The position numbers and the translations under genes are program-made. The notes beneath the pieces were generated by a model. It ran no database searches, was not told the DNA's origin, and saw only the letters and a program-made list of their open reading frames with translations. Below, one piece after another: positions 35,442 to 44,857 of a stretch of 64,000 nucleotides of DNA (the stretch's first letter is position 1; every line of letters starts with the position of its first letter). Source of the DNA: a virus (lineage: Duplodnaviria > Caudoviricetes); IMG/VR virus record IMGVR_UViG_3300025129_000005; one strand, written 5' to 3'.

Positions 35442-37013
35442 ATGGGATGGCTGGCTAAACTAAAAAATAAAGATACTCCTATAGAAAGAATTGATGAGCA
35501 GTTGGATGCATTCAAGCCTAGACGAGAGAGAGCCTCAACAAAAAAGGCAAAATCTGGTGAAGGTCTTGAGGATATGGATTTTATCCTACAAGGTAATTAC
35601 AATGCCTTGGGATTTAATAGCTTTTATCGTACATATATAAACAAAACCTTTCAAAATGAGTTGGAGCGTCTTAAATATTATCGTGAAATGTCACAATATC
35701 CAGAGATTGCTGATGTTATAGAAGATGCCGCCATGGAATCTACTCAAGAAGACTACGAAGGGCGTACCGTTAGATTAGAGGTCATCGACGAAGATTTTGC
35801 TTCTAATAAAAACATTGTAACAAATTTGCAGAAAGAATTCAACGATTTGTTTTACAAGAAGATGAAAATTAAATGGGAAATGTGGAACCTGATGTATAAC
35901 TATTTTGTTGACGGTAAGGTTTATTTTGAACATTTGATTAATAAAAATCGACCTAAACAGGGAATTATAGGAATAAAAAGATTGCCTTCGGAAACAATGG
36001 ATTTTGTATATGATCCGGTTACAGGGGAAATTGTTGCCTATTATCAGTATTTGTCACTCAAACCAAGGCAACAACCACCTACAGTTGAAGATGCAATTAA
36101 AGATCCTAATATTATTGTATTTTATCCAGATCAAGTATCATTGGTACATTATGGATATCAAGGCGAGACTAAACGCGAGTTTCTTGGTTATCTCGAAAAA
36201 GCCAAACAACCATATAACAATTTAAGACTTCTTGAAACCTCTGTTGTTATATATCGTTTAATTCGTGCCCCTGAGAGATTCGTATTTTCAATTGATACGG
36301 GTAATATGCCTAAAGATAAGGCTATGAAATATGTAGAGAAGATGAAGCAAAAATTTCAGAAAAAACAAACATATGATGCTGGTACTGGTAAATTAACAAA
36401 TGAACCAGAAGTGTTTTCGATTCTTGAAAATTTTTTCTTACCCCAATCAGCTGATGGTCGCGGTTCAAGTGTTGATTCTGTTGGGGGAAACCCTAGCGGT
36501 TTTGCTGAGTTAGATGATTTGTATTACTTTCAAAGAAAAATGTATAAATCATTAAAATATCCAGCTTCGCGTGTAAGTTCATTACAGGAACGTGCAGAAT
36601 CAGACATACTTTTTAATAACGGTCAAATGGGGGAAATAACTCGCGACGAAATTAAGTGGGCTAAATTCCTTGAAAGACAACAGATGAGATTTTGTAATGA
36701 ATTTCTTAATCTATTTTTAATACACTTGGATTTAAAAGGTCTAAAGAAACAATATGATGTAAGTGAGGATAAAATAAGAGTTACTATGACCTCACCTAAC
36801 CAATATCGTGATCATATGAGACAGGGCTTACAGGAAACTAATTTTAATAACTATAATCAGTTAGCAAATAATGAAGAATTCTCTAAATACTATTTAATGA
36901 AGAGATATTTAAAATGGACTGATGTTGAAATAGATGCAAATGCTGCAGGTTTTAAGAGAGATAAAGAATTGATGCCAAGTGATGATGAATCGGGTGGCGG
37001 ATTTGGATTTTAG
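35442..37013 (+). CDS. gp20: Portal protein gp20
   Basis: YREM..YPEI, VDGK.YF, KP.N.LRLLE.S.VIYRL.RAPER..F.IDTGNMPK.KA..Y, ENFFLP..GRGS.V, YFQRKMYKSL.YP.SR. Confidence 0.97.
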   Translation: MGWLAKLKNKDTPIERIDEQLDAFKPRRERASTKKAKSGEGLEDMDFILQGNYNALGFNSFYRTYINKTFQNELERLKYYREMSQYPEIADVIEDAAMESTQEDYEGRTVRLEVIDEDFASNKNIVTNLQKEFNDLFYKKMKIKWEMWNLMYNYFVDGKVYFEHLINKNRPKQGIIGIKRLPSETMDFVYDPVTGEIVAYYQYLSLKPRQQPPTVEDAIKDPNIIVFYPDQVSLVHYGYQGETKREFLGYLEKAKQPYNNLRLLETSVVIYRLIRAPERFVFSIDTGNMPKDKAMKYVEKMKQKFQKKQTYDAGTGKLTNEPEVFSILENFFLPQSADGRGSSVDSVGGNPSGFAELDDLYYFQRKMYKSLKYPASRVSSLQERAESDILFNNGQMGEITRDEIKWAKFLERQQMRFCNEFLNLFLIHLDLKGLKKQYDVSEDKIRVTMTSPNQYRDHMRQGLQETNFNNYNQLANNEEFSKYYLMKRYLKWTDVEIDANAAGFKRDKELMPSDDESGGGFGF

Positions 37014-37046
37014 AATATGTGAATACATAAAAAAGGAGAATATGTT

Positions 37047-37247
37047 ATGCCAATAGACAACAAAAATATCAAAAAAGCAATGGACGATTTTGAAAATGAT
37101 GACTTTATTAGTGCCAAGGATATCATTAAAGCAGAAATCAAGGGCGCTGTTAGTGATTATTTTAAAGATAAATTAGAACTACAAAATGATTTGGATCCAA
37201 AGACCGGAGTTGATACTACCAAAGCTGATAGTGACTCCGATGAATAA
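37047..37247 (+). CDS. Prohead core protein gp67-like
   Basis: Small acidic protein between portal and protease. Confidence 0.6.
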   Translation: MPIDNKNIKKAMDDFENDDFISAKDIIKAEIKGAVSDYFKDKLELQNDLDPKTGVDTTKADSDSDE

Positions 37248-37259
37248 GGAGTAAATAAT

Positions 37260-37877
37260 ATGAAAAAGGGTTTTCTGATTACAGAATACAACCATGACCT
37301 TCAAATAAATGAAGGTAAAGATAAAAACTTATATGTAACCGGTATATTTTCTTCATTTGGTGATCGTAACAATAATGGTCGTGTTTATGAAGAGGATACA
37401 ATGAAGCGTGAGGTTGATAAAATCTTAGGTAAAATAGAGAAAAAGTGTTTATGGGGGGAGCTTGGTCACCCACCTAATCCCGAAATCAACCCCGACAAAA
37501 TTGCCATTAGAGTGGAATCTTTGGAATGGGAAGGTAAACATTTATATGGTAAAGCTAAAATACTCAACACACCACAAGGTCAGATTGCGAAAGAATTAGT
37601 AAAAGAAGGGATGATTGGTATTTCTTCGCGAGGTCTTGGTACAGTATCGGAAGATGGAACTGTAAACGAAGATTATAATCTTTTGACATGGGATTTGGTT
37701 ACTGACCCATCAAATGGACCATCATGGGTTAATGGTATATTTGAAGGTCGTACATGGGAAATATCCAAAGAAAAAGAATCTGAACCAGATGTTCCTCAGA
37801 TCACTGAATCACAAGCAAAAGAAGAGTATTTTAGGTATATTATAGATTCTATTCGTTGTATTGAAAAGAACTTATAG
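37260..37877 (+). CDS. gp21: Prohead protease gp21
   Basis: N.NGRVY, WGELGHP, G.AKIL.TP.G, GISSRGLG, WDLV.DPS. Confidence 0.97.
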   Translation: MKKGFLITEYNHDLQINEGKDKNLYVTGIFSSFGDRNNNGRVYEEDTMKREVDKILGKIEKKCLWGELGHPPNPEINPDKIAIRVESLEWEGKHLYGKAKILNTPQGQIAKELVKEGMIGISSRGLGTVSEDGTVNEDYNLLTWDLVTDPSNGPSWVNGIFEGRTWEISKEKESEPDVPQITESQAKEEYFRYIIDSIRCIEKNL

Positions 37878-38015
37878 AAATCACGATAATGTGAATCCTT
37901 GGAAATAAAGGAAAAAATGGTTGTAGATATTATTGACTAACAGTTTCACTAAATATATATAGAGATTAGAAGGGTTTATTAACCTTTATTAAATATTCTA
38001 AGGAGGAATCCACAA

Positions 38016-38798
38016 ATGAATTTAAAAAAAATTCTAGAAATGCTTGAAGTAGAAAAGATTGATGAATCCAAACAATCTGAAATTAAAGATATCCTTAATA
38101 CTATTATCGAATCAAAAGCGAAAGAAATTTCCGATAAAAGAATTGAAGAGTCATTAATTGTAGAAAAGGATAAGTTGGTCGAAGAGTTTGAAACCAAGTT
38201 TGAAGATTACAAAGAGGATGTTACATCAAAGTTTAGTAATTTTGTTGATAGTATTCTTGAAGAAGAGATGATTATTCCTGATAAAATTATCAAATATGCT
38301 CGTTTAGGTGAACTGTATGAAGATTTGATTGACCAATTCAAAGTTCGTCTTGCTATTGATGAAGGTTTGCTTGATCAAGAAGTCAAATCTATCCTCAGTG
38401 AAGCAAAATCTGAAATTGAAACTCTTCGTAACAATGTCAATGAACTTACCGGTCAAAAACTTACACTTGAAAGGGATGCACGTGATCTTGCAACGCACGT
38501 ATATTTGCGTAAGAAATGTGATGGTCTTACTGAGTCCCAAAAAACATCAGTAATGAGTATTTTAGAAGGATCATCCAAGGATGATATTGATAAAAAGTTT
38601 GAAATTGTACTTGAATCTATCAGATCTACCGATGATAAAGAGGAAATAAAAGAAGAAGTGAAAGTTGAAACAAAAATAGAGACAACCGAAGTAAAAGAAT
38701 CGACAACCGAAGCTTCGGAGGAAGTGAAGGAAAAAATGAACGAAAGCAATTCCATGATGTCTCAGTGGAAAAAAATGCTTCGTGAAAACAAATTTTAA
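38016..38798 (+). CDS. gp22: Prohead scaffold protein gp22
   Basis: Acidic coiled coil with several [IL]xE/S sites, between gp21 and gp23. Confidence 0.9.
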   Translation: MNLKKILEMLEVEKIDESKQSEIKDILNTIIESKAKEISDKRIEESLIVEKDKLVEEFETKFEDYKEDVTSKFSNFVDSILEEEMIIPDKIIKYARLGELYEDLIDQFKVRLAIDEGLLDQEVKSILSEAKSEIETLRNNVNELTGQKLTLERDARDLATHVYLRKKCDGLTESQKTSVMSILEGSSKDDIDKKFEIVLESIRSTDDKEEIKEEVKVETKIETTEVKESTTEASEEVKEKMNESNSMMSQWKKMLRENKF

Positions 38799-38826
38799 TT
38801 TAAATTAATTTAGGAGGAATTTTATA

Positions 38827-40131
38827 ATGAGTGCATATGTAGAAAATCTTGTTAAAAATTGGGGAGAAATCCTCGATGAAGGACAAAAAATTAATAATCG
38901 TAAGGTAAGACGTGCTACCGCTGTTATGCTTGAAAACCAAGCAAAATACCTTACAGGTCGTTCAGGAATGAACGAGTCCAGCGCCACTGCGTCTACAGTT
39001 GGACCAGAAGGTGGTGGTACTTTTTATAATGGTGGTAATGCTGATTATCAAACGAGTGGTGAGTTTCACAAAATTGCGATTCCTATGGTTCGTCGTACCT
39101 TCCCCGAACTGATCGCTCATGATATCGTTGGTGTTCAGCCCATGACTGGACCTGTTGGTCTTGCGTTTGCTCTTCGTTTCCGCGCAGATCAAGAATATGC
39201 CGGAACTGCTACCGGTCAGGAAATAGGATACAACACTGTTGATCCTTATTACACCGGTGATAATCAAAATCAAGAACGTATGACCACAGTTAACGCCGAG
39301 GGTCTTGGTTCTCGTGCTGCAGATGCTGCTAATACATCTGTTGACGGACATTTGTCTCAAGATACAGGTGCTGCTGGCACTGGTGATCGCGGTCTTGGTA
39401 TTGGTTCAGGAAAGCAAATCAAAGAACTTAGCATGACAGTTGAAAAGGCTCAAGTTGAAGCGGGTACCCGTAAGTTGCGTTCTCGTTGGAGTCTTGAAGT
39501 CGCTCAAGATCTAAAGGCGATGCATGGTCTTGATCTCGAAGAAGAAATGATGGACGTTCTTGCTTACGAAATCACCGCTGAAATTGACCGTGAACTTATC
39601 AACACAATTCGTTCGGTTTCCGCTAATAACGCATCATCAACCGCTTGGAATTATGCTACTGCTGATGGTCGTTGGGAAGCAGAAAAATATCGCAATTTCT
39701 ACAACCTGATTATTCGTAAAGCAAACCGCATTGCTGTTGATACTCGTCGTGGTGCTGGTAACTTTACTGTAGCGGCTCCTTCGTTGTGTGCTGCCCTTGA
39801 AACTACATCGTCTTTTACAATTCAACCTGTAAATGCCGCTGTAAATACCGCAGTAACAGGTGTAGCAAAGATTGGGTCTCTCGATGGTCGTATGACTGTA
39901 TATCGTGATACTTTTGCTACAATTGATGATATCATCATTGGCTACAAAGGACCTAGTGAGTATGACACCGGTATTATATATCTTCCTTATATTCAGCTTC
40001 TTGTTTCTAAGGCTGTTTTTGAGGATAGCTTTAATCCTACCGTTGGTCTGATGAGTCGTTATGCTATTCATCAACACATTTTTGGTGCTGAAAACTACTA
40101 CATTCAGGTTGCTGTTCAAAATCTGCCTTAA
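38827..40131 (+). CDS. gp23: Major capsid protein gp23
   Basis: W..ILD, A.MLENQ, IPMVRR.FP.LIA.DIVGVQPMTGPVGL.FALR, TRKLR.RWS.E.AQDL.A.HG.D.E.E, EITAEIDRE. Confidence 0.98.
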   Translation: MSAYVENLVKNWGEILDEGQKINNRKVRRATAVMLENQAKYLTGRSGMNESSATASTVGPEGGGTFYNGGNADYQTSGEFHKIAIPMVRRTFPELIAHDIVGVQPMTGPVGLAFALRFRADQEYAGTATGQEIGYNTVDPYYTGDNQNQERMTTVNAEGLGSRAADAANTSVDGHLSQDTGAAGTGDRGLGIGSGKQIKELSMTVEKAQVEAGTRKLRSRWSLEVAQDLKAMHGLDLEEEMMDVLAYEITAEIDRELINTIRSVSANNASSTAWNYATADGRWEAEKYRNFYNLIIRKANRIAVDTRRGAGNFTVAAPSLCAALETTSSFTIQPVNAAVNTAVTGVAKIGSLDGRMTVYRDTFATIDDIIIGYKGPSEYDTGIIYLPYIQLLVSKAVFEDSFNPTVGLMSRYAIHQHIFGAENYYIQVAVQNLP

Positions 40132-40153
40132 AATGTATAGTTATCTATAATTC

Positions 40154-40188
40154 AAGGGTGATACCCAGAAGGGTATCACCCTTTTTTA
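40154..40188 (+). terminator. Intrinsic terminator after gp23
   Basis: AAGGGTGATACCC-agaa-GGGTATCACCCTT plus T-run. Confidence 0.9.
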
Positions 40189-40240
40189 TTAACATTCGGT
40201 TGGTTCAACGATATTCATAAACTCATATAACTCTCACCTT
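40189..40240. repeat. 52-bp imperfect direct repeat, copy 1
   Basis: 46/52 identical to 40739..40790. Confidence 0.9.
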
Positions 40241-40249
40241 ACGTCTTTT

Positions 40250-40257
40250 TATAAATA
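40250..40257 (+). promoter_or_regulatory. T4-type late promoter, 5 nt before the ATG
   Basis: TATAAATA-catat-ATG. Confidence 0.75.
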
Positions 40258-40262
40258 CATAT

Positions 40263-40742
40263 ATGAAATTACTGAAATATATCAATGAATCCTTTGATAA
40301 ACCATACCCTTTCGATTGGAGAAGAATTCCCCATGACAACAAAGGTATCGGTTTCAGAGGTTCATTTAAGTCATCTAAGCATACTATTGAAGTCGCTCTT
40401 ACCCCTGATCTTGATAAAGAAAATGAGTGGGAACTTTTCTTCTTTATCAAAAATAAAGATATATCTGGTAACTTCGATCTTACTAATGATGGCGATGCAT
40501 TCAGAATCTTTGCCACAGTTATCGCTATGACCAATGATGCACTTGATATTATACAGAAATCTAAAAAACTCTCCATTGATACCCTCTTCTTTACTGCAAG
40601 TAAAGAAAAAAGTGATAATGAAAAAATTACCTCCGATGCACGTTCCAAACTCTATGTCAGAATCGTTAAAAAACTTATTAAACCCAAAAATATCAGAATC
40701 GTTGACTTATATGATAAAACTAAATTCTATATCATAATTTAA
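40263..40742 (+). CDS. Hypothetical protein with CTS-like tag, flanked by direct repeats
   Basis: Starts MKLLKYINE/S; FDLT..GDAFRIFATV...FTA...RSKLY.R motif. Confidence 0.75.
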   Translation: MKLLKYINESFDKPYPFDWRRIPHDNKGIGFRGSFKSSKHTIEVALTPDLDKENEWELFFFIKNKDISGNFDLTNDGDAFRIFATVIAMTNDALDIIQKSKKLSIDTLFFTASKEKSDNEKITSDARSKLYVRIVKKLIKPKNIRIVDLYDKTKFYIII

Positions 40743-40790
40743 CCTTCGGTTGGTTCAACGATATTCGTAAACTCATATCCTTTTCACCTT
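40739..40790. repeat. 52-bp imperfect direct repeat, copy 2
   Basis: 46/52 identical to 40189..40240. Confidence 0.9.
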
Positions 40791-40950
40791 CATTTAGATT
40801 TACATCTCTTTTGATAAATAGAAGTATAAACTGTGATTTATTGATTTATTAATAAAAACTATATACCCTTTATATAATATATATTATCCGTGGTTAGATA
40901 ACCTTATTCTACACCATAAATCAAAATTTGTAAATATGGAGAAAAAATAA

Positions 40951-41505
40951 ATGAGTTATGATGAAGACCCCGCTAACAGTCAAGTCAACCAAAACACTCT
41001 CGAACAAGAATTCAACATAAATACCAGTGAAGATAGGCGATTGGAAATAGAATCAATTAGGGATATGAGAAAACAGTTAATGACTGTCAGTAACGAACCC
41101 GATGCGGATAGTATATTGATATCTAACATTGAAAGAGCTAATTCTTTATTGGATGTAGCACAAAACTCAATAATAAATGGCGGAGAAACAAATGCAAGAT
41201 TATTTGAGGTGTGTTCTCAGCTTATAAATGCAATCACATCAGCATCAACCTCTTTACAAAATAGTACTTTTGGCACACAAAAACACCAATATAATATGAA
41301 AATGGTGGAGGTTAAAGAGCAAGAACTCCTTGTAAAACAAGCTATAGCTCAAGGTAAGCTTGATAGCTATAATAAAGAAAAAAATAAAAAAAGTAATGGT
41401 ACATTGGTTGTTATGAATAGAGAAGAATTATTAAGAATGATCGAAAAGGAGGATACTGAGGTAGAAATAACTTCAACAGATAAATCAAATTCAGATCAAG
41501 AGTGA
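40951..41505 (+). CDS. gp16: Terminase small subunit gp16
   Basis: ARLFEVCSQLINA and VVMNREELLRMI resemble gp16 motifs (PR.(Y/F)EV..QL; V.S..EL..ML); lies upstream of gp17. Confidence 0.75.
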   Translation: MSYDEDPANSQVNQNTLEQEFNINTSEDRRLEIESIRDMRKQLMTVSNEPDADSILISNIERANSLLDVAQNSIINGGETNARLFEVCSQLINAITSASTSLQNSTFGTQKHQYNMKMVEVKEQELLVKQAIAQGKLDSYNKEKNKKSNGTLVVMNREELLRMIEKEDTEVEITSTDKSNSDQE

Positions 41506-41651
41506 TAGGAGAATTTCTTTATGTATAAACTATTAACCGAAAAATATGTATATACAATGGTATCAAAATAATAAAATCATGGGATTTATATTAAAAGCCT
41601 GATTAACCGAGTAAAGACCATTTTTAAATAATATTTGATAAAGGAGATACC

Positions 41652-42839
41652 GTGATCAAAAAAAATTATGTTATAGATACAAATGTTTTGCTGGAGAATG
41701 AGAAGTGCATTGAAATTTTAAGGAACGGTGAAGATAATAACATATTTATTCCTTATACTGTAATAGAAGAGTTAGATAAATTAAAAGGAAATAAAAGAAA
41801 GAGACACCAAGTTACAAGAGCAGTAAATGTCCTCAGAGATAATGCTGATTATATAACAGTTATATCAAATGGGATTAAACATGAATCCCCTGATAACTTT
41901 ATTATAAAAGAAATACTATCAAATTTAGACAAAATTCCTGATGCGATATTTGTTACAAACGATAACCTGTTAAGGTTTAAGGCTCAAAAACAAGGAATAA
42001 TGTCAGAGGAATTTAGAGATAGCAATCCATTTCAATCTGAGTCCCAAAGATATACAGGATTTGTTAATGTTGAAAATGGTGAAATGATAGAAAAAAATTG
42101 TTTTTATTGGAAGGATGGTAAATTATTCTTCAATAATAGATATGGAGAGGAAAGGTTAGTCGAGGATCGTGAGGTTTGGAAAGTTTCCCCGAGAAATCAA
42201 TACCAGAAAGCGGCTATGGATTTAATATTGAATGACGATATTGATTTGGTCACCATTCAGTCAGATGCTGGATTTGGAAAAACCTTTTTGGCATTAACTG
42301 CTATGTTTGACCAAGTGTTCGAAAAAAAGAAATTCAAAAAGATTTTCGTTTTTAAGGCTAATATAGAAATTGGCAATGAATTAGGATTTTTGCCCGGTGA
42401 TATGAATGACAAAATGTATCCGTATTTTAGACCAATTCAGGATCTTATGGAAAAGCTTCATGACCTGAGAATTTGTAATTCTGCATGGGAAGATCCTCAA
42501 TCAATGAAGCTGGAATTGAACAGACGTAAGATCGAAATGTTGCCAATAAACTTCTTGAGAGGGATGAATATAGATGATGCTATTGTATTGATAGATGAGG
42601 TTCAAAATTTATCTAGAGATGAATTAAGGACTGTTTTGAGCCGTATGGGGGAAAAAGTAAAGGTTATATGCACAGGCGATGTTAGGCAGATAGATAATAT
42701 TCATTTGAACCAAGATAATAATGGATTAAATTGGATGGTTAGATTATTTAAAGGTCAAGATAACTATGGTCATGTTGTTTTGGCTGGAAATAAATCAAGA
42801 GGACCAATTGCTGACCTAGTGAGAGAGAGTGGAATGTAG
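41652..42839 (+). CDS. phoH: PIN-PhoH fusion protein (PhoH2/YlaK-like)
   Basis: PIN YVIDTNVLL...VIEELD...VTND; PhoH AGFGKT, LGFLPG, LRG, IDEVQN, SRMGE, TGD..QID. Confidence 0.92.
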   Translation: MIKKNYVIDTNVLLENEKCIEILRNGEDNNIFIPYTVIEELDKLKGNKRKRHQVTRAVNVLRDNADYITVISNGIKHESPDNFIIKEILSNLDKIPDAIFVTNDNLLRFKAQKQGIMSEEFRDSNPFQSESQRYTGFVNVENGEMIEKNCFYWKDGKLFFNNRYGEERLVEDREVWKVSPRNQYQKAAMDLILNDDIDLVTIQSDAGFGKTFLALTAMFDQVFEKKKFKKIFVFKANIEIGNELGFLPGDMNDKMYPYFRPIQDLMEKLHDLRICNSAWEDPQSMKLELNRRKIEMLPINFLRGMNIDDAIVLIDEVQNLSRDELRTVLSRMGEKVKVICTGDVRQIDNIHLNQDNNGLNWMVRLFKGQDNYGHVVLAGNKSRGPIADLVRESGM

Positions 42840-42877
42840 ATTCTGTAATAACAAGCTGTTTGGTATACCGTACAGTA

Positions 42878-42912
42878 CAGTCAGTTTTTCTGAATCACAG
42901 AAAAACTGACTG
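42878..42912. repeat. 15-bp perfect inverted repeat upstream of gp17
   Basis: CAGTCAGTTTTTCTG-aatca-CAGAAAAACTGACTG. Confidence 0.95.
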
Positions 42913-42946
42913 ATGAATTATAACACCAATCAGTGGGAGGTGTATT

Positions 42947-44497
42947 ATCGGTGGTAATGTAAAGTACGATTCATATGTAAAAGCCCCCAATCTTGAATGG
43001 GAATATACACATGATCAGATAAGAGAGTTGAATAAATGTAAAAATGACCCTCTATATTTTATCAGCAATTATATTAAAATTGTTTCGCAAGACAGTGGGG
43101 TTATAATTTTCAATCCATATCCCTATCAAATAGATTTAATTAATCAATTTGTAGAGAATAGATTCAACATATGTCTCCTTTCACGACAGTCTGGTAAATC
43201 AACCATTGTTGCAGCATATGCATTATGGTTTGCTTGTTTTAACAGTCACAAGAATATTGGTGTTGTTTCTAACAAAGCAGAGGCAGCTAAGAATTTCTTA
43301 TCTCGCCTGAAATATATGTATGAACTTTTACCTTCTTGGTTAAAACCGGGGGTACCGGGATGGGCGCAAACTACCGTTGAATTTGACAACCATACGAAAT
43401 TATATACAGCCGCTACATCAAAAGATTCGTTTCGTGGTGAGCCTATGGGTATGTTGATATGTGACGAGTTTGCATTCGTTGAGCCATCATGGAAAGCAGA
43501 TGAGTTCTGGGCATCAAACTATCCAACAGTTTCAGCGTCACAGAACTCCAAGATTATCATTATATCAACCCCTAATGGTATGTACAATAAGTTTCATGAG
43601 ATTTATACCAATGCAGAAGAAGGTAGAAACACATTTAAACATGCTCGTTATAATTATAGAGTTGTTCCGGGTCGTGACGAAGAGTGGGCTAAGGCTCAAA
43701 TACAGAACCTTGGTAAAATCAAATTTAATCAAGAATTTGGTTGTGAATTCATTGGTTCTAGTGCAACGGTTATTGATTCTGAGACTCTCGAATATTTATT
43801 TAAACGAAGAGTTGACCCTGAGTGGTTAGATCAAAAAGGAAAGATGAGAATATGGGAAAAACCTGTTGATGGTGCGACTTATGTTTTGGGTGTTGATACC
43901 GCTAAAGGTACCGGTGAAAACTTTTCCGTTATACAAGTAATGAGGGTTCATGGTATTTCACCCGTTCGAATGCAACAGGTCGCTGTATGGGAAGATAATT
44001 ATACAGATGTATATACTTTTTCGTCAGTTGTTAACAAGATGTCATATTATTATAACAATGCATATATGATGGTTGAAAATAATGGTGAGGGTTCGCCGGT
44101 CGTTAATAGATTGTGGTGGGAATATGAGAATAGCAATTTGATAAATACTGGTAGTAAAGAGCGGGATTTGGGTATAAGAGCAACAAATAAAACCAAAAAT
44201 CTTGCTGTTCTCTTAATGAAGAAGTTGATTGAAGATAAAAATGTGGAGTTATATGATCCTAGAACTATCGAACAATTGGCTGATTTTCAGGATTTGGGTC
44301 ACGATAAATACGGTGGCGTGAACATTGCCGATGACTGTGTATCCGCGCTGTATTGGAGTATATTTGTTTTGGAACAAGAGGTTTTTGATGAGTCTTATTC
44401 TTTCACTCCCGAAGAAAATACTGACGAAGAAGCATGGGGGATATTATCGGATATTAACGAATATCAGGAGGATTGGAGTTGGTTAACTGAAAAGTAA
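42947..44497 (+). CDS. gp17: Terminase large subunit gp17 (track start 43028; frame open to 42917; proposed non-AUG start about 42944-42947)
   Basis: KCKNDPLYF..NY, RQSGKS, Walker B ICDEFAF, F.QEF.C.F.GS, YVLGVD.A.G.G..FS, DDCV.AL. Confidence 0.95.
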   Translation: MGGNVKYDSYVKAPNLEWEYTHDQIRELNKCKNDPLYFISNYIKIVSQDSGVIIFNPYPYQIDLINQFVENRFNICLLSRQSGKSTIVAAYALWFACFNSHKNIGVVSNKAEAAKNFLSRLKYMYELLPSWLKPGVPGWAQTTVEFDNHTKLYTAATSKDSFRGEPMGMLICDEFAFVEPSWKADEFWASNYPTVSASQNSKIIIISTPNGMYNKFHEIYTNAEEGRNTFKHARYNYRVVPGRDEEWAKAQIQNLGKIKFNQEFGCEFIGSSATVIDSETLEYLFKRRVDPEWLDQKGKMRIWEKPVDGATYVLGVDTAKGTGENFSVIQVMRVHGISPVRMQQVAVWEDNYTDVYTFSSVVNKMSYYYNNAYMMVENNGEGSPVVNRLWWEYENSNLINTGSKERDLGIRATNKTKNLAVLLMKKLIEDKNVELYDPRTIEQLADFQDLGHDKYGGVNIADDCVSALYWSIFVLEQEVFDESYSFTPEENTDEEAWGILSDINEYQEDWSWLTEK

Positions 44498-44499
44498 AC

Positions 44500-44507
44500 C
44501 ATAAATA
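44500..44507 (+). promoter_or_regulatory. Late-type box CATAAATA, 5 nt before the ATG
   Basis: CATAAATA-cttat-ATG. Confidence 0.6.
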
Positions 44508-44512
44508 CTTAT

Positions 44513-44857
44513 ATGAGATTTGTCAATTACATAACAGAAGACTATGAGACGGTTCGGGATTATAAAAAAGCAATCTTTGACTTGAAGGTTGCTTTGGGTG
44601 AAATAGATTTTCATGAAGATGAAAAGGTGCCTAGTGATCCTGAGAAGCATAAGTTATTTAAACAGAAAAAGTTAGGTCTTAAACTTAAAGTTATAGCGTT
44701 AAAAGAAAAAATTCAGAAATTAGCTAAGGTTTTGGGTGAGTCAGGGGAAGAGGTTCCTCAAGTAGAAGGTCTTAAAGATTTTCTTGATAGAGTTCCTGAT
44801 AAAGATAGTGAAGAATCACAAACTCTACTAAAAAAGAGAGAGAGGTTTAGTAAATAA
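44513..44857 (+). CDS. Hypothetical protein with CTS-like tag
   Basis: Starts MRFVNYITE/D. Confidence 0.7.
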   Translation: MRFVNYITEDYETVRDYKKAIFDLKVALGEIDFHEDEKVPSDPEKHKLFKQKKLGLKLKVIALKEKIQKLAKVLGESGEEVPQVEGLKDFLDRVPDKDSEESQTLLKKRERFSK

